Source: Chromera velia (taxonomy: Eukaryota). From it: DNA of 52,897 nucleotides. The notes beneath the pieces are model-generated. The model had not been told where the DNA came from, made no database searches, and saw only the letters and a program-made list of their open reading frames with translations. The stretch spans positions 1 through 52,897 of the forward strand of contig JAHBMJ010000242.1 in the NCBI GenBank assembly GCA_018398765.1, written 5' to 3'. Both the position numbers and the translations under genes were made by a program. Below are positions 1 through 17,269 of this stretch, in pieces; within the stretch, counting starts at the first letter, position 1; each line of letters starts with the position of its first letter.

Positions 1-38
1 GAGAGGGATCGGCAGACATATGTATCAATGCATACATA

Positions 39-72
<34 letters not shown>

Positions 73-306
73 GTCGCGGGGCGGGGCAAGGGGAGGAGGG
101 AGTGAGAAGTGTGCGCATGGTTCTGCAAAAACAAACTCACACGCCGCACAGAGGCCCCGACAAATAATCTCACGGAGGAAAATTTTCCCCCAAAAGAAAG
201 ACTCAGGGGACTGGACCACACTGACTTGAGCACAAAGTCACCACATGGAGGCACTCACCAACAGCGACACAGCACAGATGCAACAAAAGTAAGAAAAGGC
301 ACTCAC

Positions 307-411
307 CTCAAAGCTGGACAGAACGGCCCCCGACCCCACGTCGACAAGGAAGGACCCCTCGGCCTTCGTCACTACGAGCACCCTCTCCATCGCGGTCCCG
401 CCTGCTGACAT
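307..411 (-). CDS. First exon of a gene running off the left edge; possible WD40 protein (IPI3/WDR18-like N-terminus)
   Basis: ATG at 411 gives MSAGGTAMERVLVVTKAEGSFLVDVGSGAVLSSFE (35 codons), followed directly by a GTGAGT donor. The beta-strand pattern loosely resembles IPI3/WDR18 starts. Downstream exons are not resolved. Confidence 0.4.
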
Positions 412-887
412 TTTCCCTGCTTCGTCCCAGCCTCGATTTTCCACACAGATCGTATACCAAGAGGAAACAGAATGCAGTCGCACAAGACCCTTCTAAACGG
501 ATGAGCTCTTGCCCACGCGACTTGCTCACACAGGCAGGCTCGTATCCGTTTGCCGTCTCTGAATACTCTTATTCACTTTGCTCCGATCCATGGGGCAAAA
601 CCGAAGCCTCTACGGCCGAGACATACTTTTACAGCTGGGAAGCAAGCAGAAAAGGACGGTGACTGTAGAGCTGTGTACATACAAAGGGCAAAAGACGTAC
701 TCCAAAAAACGAGACCGGAGACGGTTCTACCTAGTCCCCTCCCTCAAAGTCAATTTCCTGTCCCGGCACTTTCACCGACAGAACGGCAAAACCTTCCGCT
801 CTCCATCTCTCGCGAGACACTCGTCCCTGAACCTAGTCACTGTGCGAAAATATTTATGTACACTTCTGGCAACGTCTGACACTTTCT

Positions 888-1095
888 AACATGCATGGGC
901 GCGGCAAGATGATCGCAGATTGTGTCAGCTGGATCCGTGGATCGGCAGATCCAGGCACGCATGCAGGGACCGGCCGCGCGCGGGGCGGGCCGCGCTGGGA
1001 CATGGCCGGGCCCACGCTGATCTCATGCAGCAAAGCTGAGCTGCCCCCCGAGGCGATTGTTGTCGCGCGATTAACTCAGTTCCGCGCAAATTGAC
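888..1095. promoter_or_regulatory. CpG/GC-rich putative bidirectional promoter
   Basis: CGCG-dense core (CGGCCGCGCGCGGGGCGGGCCGCGC) and several CATGCA/TGCATG motifs between divergent starts at 411(-) and 1194(+). Confidence 0.5.
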
Positions 1096-1193
1096 TGACC
1101 TTTTTCGGAATTAAGAGCAAGCTATCGCGCAAGCTGGCAGCTATTAATCGAATACAGCACCTGGAATGACACAATTAATTCTGTCACTATACC

Positions 1194-2284
1194 ATGAATG
1201 ATGCACAGATGCCAGAGGTGCAGCGTGAAATTTGGAAGAGTGAGACCCATATGACTTCCCTCGTGTGTGCAAATATAGAGATACATACATTCGCTTAATA
1301 TATAATATACTGTCGGATAACATTGAATTGAACAACACCATACCATACCACTGTTGTCTCTTCTGAGCAAGTGTTTCCTTCCTTGCGCCCACCGTCAGAT
1401 GTTCGGGGCTTTCATCAAGGAAGGGCGCCTCTCCAGGCAACAGGTCGTGAGGGTCTTCGAGTTCCTTTCGGACGACCCCGACCGTCTGCGGGTGGCCTCA
1501 AAGAAGAAGAAGGGCATGTGCAGTTCACAACAGGTTAGCAACATTGTGTGTCGTGGATAAAGGAACACTTCGCCCGTCTATTGGAGGTGCCAACAGGGTC
1601 CTGCTGTGCGCGTCGATACATGCTTCTCAGCGATCCATTTTAAAGCTTGAGATCGGGGAAGCAAAACCAAACGCAGACCACAGACATTCCCCCGCCACCT
1701 ATGAAAACAAAATGGCATTCATATCTTCTCCTGCCTAAATATATATCCGTCTCTTCGTTTGCTTAATTGTTTCTGTGCAGACGGAGGTACAGATGGAGGG
1801 GATGCTCGTGGAAGTGCAGACTTTGAAGGCGACAGAGGACGCCGACCGCAAACGAGTCGCCTCATCGGGTCGGCATCGTTTGCTCTCCCGTTCCCCCTTC
1901 CTCCCTTAATTCACTGCTTAATTCTCCCTACTCCCCCGGTTGAGTGCCATGAGTTCTTTTTTGTCTCCTCTTTGGTGTCGGACTCCTTGTAGGCAAACTC
2001 CACTGATTCGGCCCTCTCTCGTCCCCTCCAGGCCTCACAACGCATATATCAAAGAAGTGTCTGTCTACGGACTTTTGCGTAGAAATACAGATATTCGCCC
2101 ACTTGCATGCGTGTGCTTCATTCCCTCGTGCCAATTGGGTGCTGATTGAATGCAGAAGACTACAAGGCCCTTTGCAAGAGGAAAGGCTTTACTGCCCCGT
2201 GCGTATCGGAGCAGTGCTTTGAGATGGTGGTCCAGGGCAGCGGCAAGAAGAATGGAAAGAACAAAACCGTGACCGTCATCGCGT

Positions 2285-2322
<38 letters not shown>

Positions 2323-2353
2323 GTCTCTCTCTGTCTCTCTCTCTCTCTCTGTC

Positions 2354-2448
<95 letters not shown>

Positions 2449-4348
2449 CCTTGTCTCTATGTCTTTCTGTATGTCTGTTTGTATATCTGTCTGTTCGTCT
2501 GTCAGTCTTGATCCCCATTTTTCCACTTTTCGGTCTATGTACTCACGTCTCTGCGATAGCCCTCTGTTTCTCCAACTTTTCTGCCCTCCCTGTCTCCGCC
2601 CCTCGATCTGCCTTCAGCTCTTCATCTTGGTGCGTCTTGCTCTCTCTGTCTCTCTGATAGCCTGCCAACTGGTCACTGTCGGTCACCGTGTCTGACTCTG
2701 CCCTATGCTCTCAGACGGTCTCCCTGTCTCTCTGTCTCCCTTTCCGTCTCTGCCACCCCTTTGGTTCCTTTGTACAGTGTGCCCCCTGCCCCTCAATGCA
2801 CACTCCCAAACGGGATATCGTCGCACATGTCTTTGCATCTTCTGTCCCTTCTTTCCGTCTTTTTTGTTGCGACATGTCATCGTGCAATCTGTCTATCTCA
2901 CCGTGCACGGTCTATTGAATTTCGGACACCCTCATGCTTCACTATCGCTCTGTTGTTTGCAGATTTTCTGATGCCTCTCTGATCCACGACCTTTTCTCCA
3001 GGCTGCTTCAGCTGCAGTCGGCACCGCAGAGGCAATCTGAGCCAAGGCACCCCCAGCCAGAATCAGCAGAGCAACTCCACAGGCAGGGGGAAAACCCGGA
3101 AGAGCTTCCTGGAGGCACGCAAAGCCAGGCCCCTCAAGTACACCCAGAGCCCGAGGGTGCCAATCGGGGCATGCAGCAACAAGAGGAAGAAGAGGAGAAG
3201 GAAGAGGAAGAGGAAGGGGATCTCGGACGATCTGTGGGAGGTCAGGGTCAGAGAGAGGACAGGGGAGCAGAGGGGGGCAATGCGGAGTCTCCAGAGGGAC
3301 CCCCCCAGATGGCAGAGACAATGTCGCACGTGGTCCTGCAACCGGAGTCGGAGGCGCCCCCCAGCGTTGTCGCAGGGGTGAGGCACTCACTCACTGATTC
3401 ACTCACTCACTCACTCACTCACTCACTCACCCACTCACTCACTCACTCACTCACTCACTCACCCATTCACTCACTCACTCACTCACTCACTCACTAATTC
3501 ACTCACTCACTCACTTACTCCCTCACTCACCCACTCACTCACTCACTCACTCACTCATTCACTCCCTAAGCTTTCTTTCTGAAGTCTGCCTCTTGCAAGT
3601 TCCCTCCAGGTGCACTTATTGCGAAAGAAAGTGGATGGATCAGTTAAACGTCTGAAGATGTGTTGGCGCGTTTCATCCTTCTGTCCGATTGTGTGTGTGT
3701 GCCGAATCGTCTCTGCTCTGTCTTTTCTGTCTGCATGAGCACGTGTCAGTCATCGTGTGCCTGCGTGCTTGTATGTAGTGTCTCTCTCACACCTCCGTAT
3801 AGATCCACCACGACAGCCGTCTCTGCTGCCACAAAACAGCGCCCCCCTTTCCTCGATCGCTGCTCTGAATTAACGAACGAACATGCAGGGGAGGTCGGGA
3901 GAGGTCCCTTTACCGATTCGGGAGACGACACCTGTCCACGAAAGAAGTGCCCATTTCACGGAAGGAGCGGAGCCGCTCGGTCGGTCTGTTGGGCAGCTGG
4001 GGAGCTTCAGGGAAGACGAAGAAGAAAAGACGATCGAGCAGCCGGACCAACAACAATTCAGAAAAGGCAACCGAGATGAGAAACCTTGAACGCACTTCCT
4101 TCTCGTCTCCTTCCCTTTCCTTTGACCGGACTCTTCATCAATCCAATCCGGTCCGGTCATGGAAATACACTACAGTTCTCTTTCTTTCTCGTTTTCTTTT
4201 GAGCTTAGGCCGCCCTTGTCTGTGCATCCGCATGACTCTTTAGCTACGCAGTGTCTGCGCACGTTCTACATTCTCTCTCTCTTCCCCTCTTTTCCCTTCT
4301 CTTCTCTTCTCTTTTTCCTCCATGTCACTGTCTGGATCAACGCCTTTG

Positions 4349-4388
<40 letters not shown>

Positions 4389-6937
4389 TGTCTGCAGACC
4401 GGTCCCAGTCGATTGGTCTCTGTGCGGTACCCCCGTCTGCAAGCAACGAGGAAAATGGGTGCGCACCTGCGGCTCCTGCCACAGAGGCCGCCTCCGAGTC
4501 TCCTTCTCCACTGATTGGGGGGGGCAAGGATGAGGATGAGAACGGGGCGGGGGGGTCCGAATCTAGATCTGCACTGCGAGCCCAAAGCATTCCAGTGCTG
4601 GGACTGAAAGAGGAAAGAGAAGAGGCAAAAGAAGGGGGGGATGAGAAAGAGAAAAAAAGAGAACCATCCGACGAAGGCCTGATTCTGCTGTCGAAATCCC
4701 ACGCAGACTTCAAAGGCGAACCAGCAGCTCCAGAGAAGACGATTGCACGAGAAGAAGACGAACAAAAGAAGAAGAAAGAGGAGGAAGTGCAAATTGATTC
4801 GGAGCCCGAGGGGGTGATTGAAGAATGGAATCAGGCAGCAGACAGTGAAAGAGAAGAACAAACGAAGGCTCTGCAGATAGAGGGAATTGGAGGAGAAGGG
4901 CAGGTGGACAGAGGGGAGGGCAGTCTATCAGAGAGTAGCGACAGCAGCACAGATCCCGAAGAACAAACGAAAGTGGCAACAGTATCTGAGAAGGAAAACC
5001 CAGACAAAGCCATCACACTTCCAGTCAAGGAAACGAGCAATGTGAGCCAAAAAGGAGACGGGACTCTGTCAGAAGAATTTTCCCTTCACAAGAAGACCAA
5101 ACAGGGTCAGCCTGAGAAGGGTCTAGGTCACTTCATCTTGGCCCTTCTTCTGTTGTTTTGCATTCTCTGTGTGCGACGGATTGGGAGTGGAAGAGAGCCA
5201 CCGTCCGCCCAGGAGGCAGAATACAGCAGGAGCACCCAACCACACCCCCCCCCCGTTCCACTCACACTTGACGGTGGCCAGGGTACGTGCCAACATACCA
5301 ACAAAGCAGGCCCTTCGTTCTTCTCTCCCTCGCAGTCTCCTCTGCTGCACCAGTTCCCCTCGTTGCCCGAGAGCCTCCAGTGGACTTTGACATCTGACCA
5401 GACTGTCTTCTCCTTGCACAAGAGGCTGAGGGTGGAGACACAGAAGAACGAACCAGATGCAGCAGACGAGTCCTTTGAGGCATCAGGAGAGGTTCAAGTT
5501 CCAATGTCCTCCCTGTTTGAGGCTGCCAGTGGGACCGTGAAGATTGTGGAGGGGGGGGAAGAGCAAGAGTGTTGGGTGAGTGCAAGGGCGATGCCTCTGC
5601 CTGAGAGTAGAGTGGTAGTGCAAGGCTGTGACAGTGAGTACCTCGGCCGTTTCCTCCCTTTTGGTTCCTCCCTCTGGTGGAGATATTCTCTTGGGCTGGT
5701 CTTCAACCGCCTCATTCCACTGTGGAGCTTTCTAGGTCTGCGCAGAAGGGTACCGATTGAAGATGCCCGAGGGCGCCCCTCTGGCTCTGTACACATACGG
5801 AGAGGGTGGTTCGCCGACACCATAGAGTTCGAATTCACCGCAGTAGAAGCATCAGATTATGCAGAGACGGTGGTTGTAGAGGCTTCCAGACCGAAGGCCT
5901 TCTTTCTGATGCAATGGGTCAAGAGTGTCCTTCTCGGCCCTTTCGACAGAGTCCTCTTCAGCCGGCAGTGGTCATTCAACCTGAGTAGGAGCGGTCAGTC
6001 TTCTCAGCAGGAGAATGCGCCGTCTCCCCGCCGGCAAGGTGTTGGTCATTCACGACACTCCTCTGACCCGACAGCGGGCGGGGACGTGGATGGAGAGGGT
6101 CACCGTGCAGGCAGTGAGACTGGTTTCGAGGTTCAAACGATTTTCCTGATGGCCTCTGTGTTGGTAGCGCGAGAGGAATTTCTTCTGTCCGTGAGTCCCT
6201 GGTTCTTCCTTCTTCTCTACGCCCTTCTTGTTGTCTCTGCGGAGCTCGTGTACCGATTCACTCGTGAGGTCCTCCGATTTCCCGGGGAGCCCGTGCACCT
6301 GAGGAAAGACGGTTTTGTGCCCCTCCTGCTCATCGGACTGCCCCTGCTCAACTGGGCGTGCTTCTTCTCTCCTGTGTTGTCTTCGTATCTTATCGCACCC
6401 TTCCTTACACTTCATATCGGAGTCAGCCTGAAAAAGATGTACATAGAAACGGAAGAGCATCACTCGCTCAGGTATTTCCTCAGATGGCTCGTCAGATTCC
6501 TTCTGGTAATCAAAAAGCTGCTGCTCGCTTGTAAGGATGAAAAAGTGAACGATGAAATGTTGAAAGATGCCCTTGTAGATCTCTACAATCTGACCATCGG
6601 GCTTCTTTTGGGCAATCGACTAAATCTGGATGGGAAAATGGTCGGTGCGTTTTGTTCGGAAGATGACAAAACCCACAGATGGTGCAGCAGATGCGGCAAA
6701 ACTCCGGTCACGGGGCTTTCCATGTGTCCGCCCTGTCAGAAGGCATGGGATGAGGGACGCCTGGATGGTAATGTTCTGTTTGAGCTTGTGAAGGACGTGG
6801 ATGCAGGGCGGGTGGGTCTGGAGGACTTTGAGAGGGTGGGTCAGAAGGCGTGCGGAGTATTTGATGGTGTATTTGGACCCCCGGAGAGGGCTATTGAAGG
6901 GGAAAATCAGGGAGGGCTCGGTAGACTAGGTCTGTAA
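1194..6937 (+). CDS. Hypothetical multi-pass membrane protein with acidic disordered N-half and C-terminal CxxC-x9-CxxC motif
   Basis: The large last exon 4398-6937 follows a (TG)n-TGCAG acceptor and is solid. It contains hydrophobic segments (LGHFILALLLLFCILCV; WFFLLLYALLVVSAELVY; FVPLLLIGLPLLNWACFF) and CSRC..CPPC. Phase-compatible upstream exons are 1194-1262, 1399-1533, 1781-1868, 2156-2282 and 3002-3377. The exon(s) near 3889-4066 are uncertain. Confidence 0.65.
2288..2446. repeat. Compound (CT)n/(CTGT)n/(GT)n intronic microsatellite
   Basis: Directly visible just after the GTCAGT donor at 2283. Confidence 0.95.
3384..3563. repeat. (ACTC)n intronic microsatellite
   Basis: Directly visible tetranucleotide array after the donor at 3378. 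Confidence 0.95.
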
Positions 6938-7364
6938 AGATCATGGTCCCGGGTCATATACTGAATGTAGGCAAGACTTACAGGGAATCAACGACACGAC
7001 CGCGCTTAATTAAAGGAATTCGATTAAATATCCAAAAATAAAAGACTGTAGACAAAAGACTTAATGTAACCCAATTAAATTATCTTAGAAGCGCAATGCG
7101 ATATTATCATCATCACCATTATCAAGCAAAGGCCAGGCTCATGGTGTGCCACTCACCAGTCTTAACTATTATAAGCAGTGAATTTAGTGGACGGTGCAAG
7201 TCAAGGCCTGGCAGTAGACCGCGGGGCAACCCGGAACATAAATCCTATCCTAGATCAATTTACATGATTTAAAGATAGTTTGCAAAAAATCATAAAATTT
7301 TGTATTCAATCACAGGGTAAAGTGATTTTGGATTAGTTTGAGTTTTAAGTTGTAACTGAGACCT

Positions 7365-7479
7365 GTTTGATCTAGTTTGATCTTACGAATAAAAAATATT
7401 ATAAATTATAATTGAATTGAATTTTGAATTGAGGTGGTTAAAGCAGGTAAGCCACCACTTAGGCTCTGGTAGGCTCTGG
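7365..7479. repeat. Two N8-TA-N8 scars (putative transposon footprints)
   Basis: GTTTGATC-TA-GTTTGATC at 7365-7382 and GGCTCTGG-TA-GGCTCTGG at 7462-7479. Confidence 0.7.
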
Positions 7480-7949
7480 CCAACCACGGGGCATGACATG
7501 CAATGTTGGTTTGTTAACCTAGCGCATTGACCCATTCACACATAATAATACGAACCGTGACTCACGCTAATTTGGTTACACACTCTTCTACCGCCCTCAT
7601 ACCCGCTAGAGGCTGGAATATATACAGTACGGTTAAGAGTAACGAAAGTAGGATAGTTACTAGGTGGCCACTAGGCCGCCCGGTTACCAATTTTATAGTT
7701 ATGGTAGTAATATTCTAATGGTAGTGGTAATAGCTAAAAACAGGCGATTGATTGCCTCGATTCAATCTAATCATGCACTCAGGGCCCCCGCAATTATACG
7801 ATGCCAACTCTCTCAATTTTATAGAAAGCTTGACTTGTATTATCAAAAATTGGATAGCTGTTCCCAATTTTAAAACAAAGAGTCCATACTGTCAAAGCTT
7901 TTCCTTGTGTGCAAGAAGCGACTGGAAGGCCCTGTGGCGTACCTAATTT

Positions 7950-8140
7950 TCTTTTCTTTCCTCTTTTACTCCTGCTGCGTTGCTCCTCCTGCAGTCTTTC
8001 GAGCCTGCCACCTTCGAAGAACTAGAAAAGAACTAAGACTACCATGTTAAGCAAGAAGACAGGAGAAAAGACATCACTCTGGGGAGAGAGTGCAGTGAAA
8101 AGCTGTTGAATGGCTACCTCTGTCTGTCCGTCCCTGTCTC

Positions 8141-8177
<37 letters not shown>

Positions 8178-11100
8178 ATGGGAGGAGAAAGAGGCTGAGG
8201 AGTTAGTATGGGAAGGAAGGAGAAAGAGACTAGGAAAGAGACGTGCTGGGAAAGGATGTGGGGATGGAAGGCTTGAAAGAAAGGAATTAGGAAAGAAGGT
8301 ATGGGAGGACACGCAGGGCTTTAAGGTGGATCGTGACTGCTCACCTTCTTTTGCTCTGTCTTTCGGTGGGCTTTCTCTCTTTTGATGGAAAATGCATGCC
8401 CTTCTGTCTCTGCTTTAACAGAAGGAGGAAAGAGGGGGAGCAAAGGGATACATGTTGATGCATCACCACCGTTCACTTATTAGTGTGCCTTGAAGGTGGA
8501 CGGTGGACCCAACACATGTAATATGCAAGCAGGACTCGCTCGTTCCTCCTTTCTTCCTTTCTTCTCTCATTCCTCCTTGCCTCTTTTCCCCTTGCACAAA
8601 AATGAGCACTTCCACCCCCTCCCCCCCCCCCCNNNNNNNNNNNNNNNNNNNNNNNNNNNNNNNNNNNNNNNNNNNNNNNNNNNNNNNNNNNNNNNNNNNN
8701 NNNNNNNNNNNNNNNNNNNNNNNNCCCCCCCCCCCCCCGTATTTCCATCTATATATCTGTATATCCAAGACAGACAGACAGAGACAGACAGACAGTCAGA
8801 CAGACAGACAGAGACAGACAGACAGACAGACAGGGACGGACGGACGGACGGACGGACGGTTGAACATTGATAAGACAAAACAAAGGCACTTCTTTGTCTC
8901 TCCTCATTTTTTTAGGGGAGCCATCTGTCTGCGTGCCTCCGTTCATCTACTCCTTGATTGCCCTCTTCAGCTATTCATCCTTTTCTGTCGTGTTCCGGTT
9001 TTGCATTGCTGCATGTAAGTAAGAGAGGGAGGAATTTTTGCTCCCTGCACAGGGGGGGAGCGATTTTTGCAGGCCTTAATTTCATTTGCTTCCTACTCTT
9101 GTCTGTCTGTGGGCCACTGTGGGCGCATGATGTGAATGGGATCCCGTTTCATTTTTCCGTTGCTTTTCCTCCTTCCTTCCTCCCTTCCTCCCTTTATTCT
9201 TTGTTTGCGTGGTTTGATCCGTCCTGGTCATTGTTTATGCAAAGGAGGAAAGCAGCAGGAGCAAAGAAAAGAAAAAACTGGGGGAGCATTGCAGAGGAAA
9301 AAGAGAGGGAAGACAGACAGTTATGTTTGCTGTGTTTTTGCCAGGCTCCTTGCTTGACATGAGACCCCAACAAAACTATCCACCCTTCTGGTCAGATTTC
9401 TAGATATGTATGCAGGAGGTGAGACAGAGGCAGGGAAATGAGAAAGTGTCGTTCTGCATCTTTCCATCACGATAGAAGAAGAGAAAATGGGGTGGAGTCT
9501 GTGTCAGCAAAGGAAAATTTAAAGATGGGGGGAAGGGAAAAGCTAGACGATCAAGAAATAAGATCTTTGTAAGAAGACGCGAACTCGATTAACTCACTAT
9601 CGATAAGAAATCTAAGAAGAGGGTAGAAGGAAGCCATGATACAGTAATGAGACCAAGAGAGACAAGGAAAAAGTTACCAATTCCCTGATTCATTCAGTTT
9701 CTCCCCTCTCTTTGTTCAACATGGGGGGCGTTTTTGCCTCCTTCTCTCCCTGTCTGCCTGCCTGCTTGTCGTTTGCCTGCCTAGCTCAGGCTGGCTGCAT
9801 GCCTGCTTAATCCCCTCAAATTTTGAAATCCATTGAAATTTCGTTTGTCAATCCTCAGTTTTTTCCAAAAAACTCCTACGGTCTGTTTGTTTGTTTTGTG
9901 CATGATAAAAAAGCTTCTTTTACAAGGAGAACAGATTTGTGCCGGGAAATAGGTGAATGGGGGGGAAGTGAGGTTGCAAAAGAGGTCAGAAGAAGGTTGT
10001 TTGTCTGCACTCTTGAATGGGCGTCAAAGAATAAGACCGCTCTGAATGAACGAATGAAGGAATCTGCACAGACTGAGTGCTGTCGTGTGGTTTGATTTTG
10101 CTTCAAGTTTGCCTTCTGTTTGTGTGTTCTGCCATTTGTCTGTCTATTTTCTCCTTTTCTTCCTTCTATCCTACCCACTTTGTCTCTTTCTCTCTCTCAT
10201 ATATATAGATAAGTCAATTGTGCGTGCGTATCCTTCATCCCTTCCACTGCTGCGGAGCGACTGGCATTGTTTCTTTTTGATTGGTTCTTTTACGGAGGGA
10301 GCTAGGTGTGTCTGATCATTCGAATGACCATACAATAAAAGCGGTCGAATCGTGTGCATTCTGTAAAGGGATGAACAAAGATTGATGGGCCTCTTTAAGC
10401 AAGAACTTTAAGAAAAATATTGGGCAGACAAGCATGGTGAGGGATGTTGAATGTATGTGCTTCTTAATTCTTTGCGTACGTCTTTCTTTCTTATTCACTC
10501 CTCTCTCTGCATACGCTGATTTATAGCCTTGTCAGCTGTCATTGGTCCCTTCTTTCAACTAAATTATTTATCGTTCGTTGCCCCACAGTCTTTGGCTACC
10601 TGCCTACAGCTTTTAAGTGTTGCCCGCGGGACCTTCCGTTTCATGTCTCTCATCCGGTCCCACTGGATACATGTGGCGAAAAGAAGTAGGAAGGATAGGA
10701 TGCTTGCTTTTTGTCTCCTTTTTTCAAGAATGGTCGAGCTTTTTTCAAGCGAGAAAAAAGGTGCCTGAAACATTGAAAAGAAAAAAAGGGAGGAAACGGA
10801 TAGAGTAAATGGGAAACCAGACAAGTCTCTGGCTACTTTTAGAACTGGGGGAAAAACAAAAAAAGAAGCTGACGGAAGACGTCTATTGTAGGGGGGAGAG
10901 GGAAACAGTAATCTGTCCTAGCTCCCTGTGGTTCCTAGAGAGAGACCCTCCCAAGTGCTTCCTACAGCCAGAAAAAATTAGCGGGTGCTTTGTTTGTCAA
11001 ATAAATGAATAAACGAGACAAGCTGGCTTTTGCTTCATTGATATCGATTTGTAAGCCCACCTTCCATCCATTCATCTATAATACATATAAGGTTGCTTTT

Positions 11101-12200
11101 GGATTCTTTTTTATTTATTACGTTGAGTTGTGTGTGGCCTCTGTCTGGCCTGAACGTTGGTGGACAGTTGAGCACTCTCTGTCAGTTAGATAGTTCAGTT
11201 GTCTTTGTGGTGTGGTCCCATTCAAAGAGACGAAAAAAATAAATAAATAGATAAAGAGAGCATTCATGGAAGGTTTTTCAAAGATAGAAAGGGACAGGGC
11301 AGAGAATAAAAGCTGATCTGACATAAGAGAGAGAACAAACCGGGGTAAAACAGAAATAAATGAATAAATGAATGAATGAATGAATGAATGAATTGATAGA
11401 TTGTTGTTGGAGGGGATGACTGATCGATCCGTGAAGAAGGAATGAATCGACTTGATTGAGTATACATGTGGCGCTGACTAACGGTTCAAAGGGGATCGAA
11501 GGAAAAGAAAGATGAGTAGGCAGGGGGTCGACAGGTAGTCAAAGATTGGAGATAACTATGCCGTATGGGAGGTTGCGCAACTGTATCGCTTAAAAAAAGG
11601 AAGAAAGAAAGAATGAATAGATGAAAGAAAGAAATCAAATGGGAAATTCAGTCCAGATGCGGACTGGTTCAAATTCGTTTTCCAACTGGTTTTACTTCGG
11701 CGCTCCGTTTCTCTGTCTGTATCGGTCTGTGTCTTTCTTTATGTTCGTACTGAGGAGTAAAGCTGCAACTTCATCAAGCTGTCTTTCCTCCTCCCTCAAT
11801 ATGGTGCAGCAGCTAGTCTAAGAGCCTACGCAGTCTGACAGCTGTAGCTAGGGAGTTGGGCATTCCGGCCGGCCTATGATGCGATGTGAGACTGCATTGT
11901 ATGGGACCTGTGGGTATGAGTGGGTGGCTGCTGGTTGTTGGATTTGAGTTGAATTCATTCAAACACAACAGCAGGATCAATAGAGAGAGGGAAGAAAGGA
12001 GGAAAAGGCCTTCTAGTCTATTGGAAGCCTGAGGGAAGAGAAAGGGGGCTGTCTGTCTTTCCATGTGACTTCTTAAATGCTCCTGCGATATCACCTGTGA
12101 CCAGACTGAGTTCTTTCTCTGTTTTGTCTGTCTATCTGTCTGTCTGTCTGTTCGTCTCTAGGTTCGTCTTTGTCTGTCTGTCAGTCTGTCTTTGTCTGTC
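7950..12200 (+). pseudogene. Possible decayed intron-containing gene
   Basis: Intron-like microsatellite landscape with exon-like fragments bounded by AG/GT (about 10589-10685 and 10863-10984). Other fragments are interrupted by TAG/TAA (11495-11572 GSKEKKDE*AGGRQVVKDWR*LCRMG; about 11810-11885). No recognisable product. Confidence 0.2.
8633..8724. other. Assembly gap (N run) inside a poly-C tract
   Basis: Ns flanked by C homopolymers on both sides. Confidence 0.98.
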
Positions 12201-12513
12201 TGCCTATCTGTCTGTCTGAAAGAATGAATGAATGAATGAATGAGGCTTTTATAAAAAGGCCCTCATGCGGCCTTTGCCTTTTTTTATTACAGCCATCGCG
12301 GTTGGTTCACCAACGGCGGCAGCCTTCATGTTTATGAAGCTGCACTGAAGAATACATGACATGCTTCATGACATGTTGTGCTGCATGCTTTGCTGTGTGG
12401 ACAAACGGTCTTTCGTACATGTTTTTTCTTATAAATGTTGTGAACTTTGACTTCGCTGCTCAGAATGAAGAAAACATTTAGTAAATGAAGAAAAGACAGT
12501 GTATATGTATATG

Positions 12514-12550
<37 letters not shown>

Positions 12551-12584
12551 CTAGTAGTCAGTTTTTTTATCAACATATTGTCAT

Positions 12585-12618
12585 GTTGAAGTCTAGGTTG
12601 AAGTATCTAATGAAGTAT
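12585..12618. repeat. Two overlapping N8-CTAG/CTAA-N8 scars
   Basis: GTTGAAGT-CTAG-GTTGAAGT at 12585-12604 and TGAAGTAT-CTAA-TGAAGTAT at 12599-12618. Confidence 0.75.
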
Positions 12619-12685
12619 CATACTGTACTCTTTAATATACTGAAATTAAAAGGTAATATAAGTAGTTTATTAGTTAGTTAATTAT

Positions 12686-13006
12686 ACCCTGCAGATAGCT
12701 AAGATTTTACACTAGATTTTACAGGATTTTAGGCTACGATTTTATAAAATTTTAGCTAAGGTTTTGGCAGATTTTATGAGATTTTAACTAATTTTAGCTA
12801 GGGATCTACCAAATTTTAGAATTCAAAATCCTAGCAAATTTTATCGAAGTTTAGCTAGGATTTTAGCGTATGTTAAATTTTTAAATCCTGGCCTAATAGT
12901 CTGCTAGAATCCTAACTAAAATCCCATAAAATCCTAGCGCTAGGATTCCTAGCTAAAATCCTATAAAGTCCTAGCAAGGCTAGCCTAAAATCCCGCAAAA
13001 TCCTAG

Positions 13007-13019
<13 letters not shown>
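12686..13019. mobile_element. Degenerate foldback/MITE-like element with modular (GGATTTTA-type) inverted arms
   Basis: Left arm ACCCTGCAGATAGCTAAGATTTTAC matches the reverse complement of the right arm, ACCTTACAGGTAGCTAGGATTTTGC. Further GATTTT modules on the left mirror AAAATC modules on the right. No clear TSD. Confidence 0.7.
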
Positions 13020-17044
<4,025 letters not shown>

Positions 17045-17269
17045 GCGTGAAGGCCAGGGGGATTCTGGCGGAACGATGCAGTCTAGCTGCGAAATTCGAG
17101 CTCCTCTGTCCTTTCTGAGGGGCAACGTCCGTGCAATTTGTCTTCGATACGATGATCGGTGGAGAAGATGTGATTTTGGACCGACCAGAAGGACAAGGGC
17201 TTTTATCAGTGATTCGTTAAGTGACTGCCGCTAAGCTGGCTGACTTCAGTGTCAGATTGTGCTTCAGGT

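Noticed and set aside
1993..2149. HMG-box-like RPHNAYIKE segment
   Set aside because: Splice phases join 1868 directly to 2156, so this segment is most simply intronic and the motif is probably chance.
11495..11885. Stop-codon reassignment (TAA/TAG read as Gln, as in ciliates)
   Set aside because: Intact genes in the window have no in-frame TAR codons and several end in TAA/TAG, so the standard code fits.
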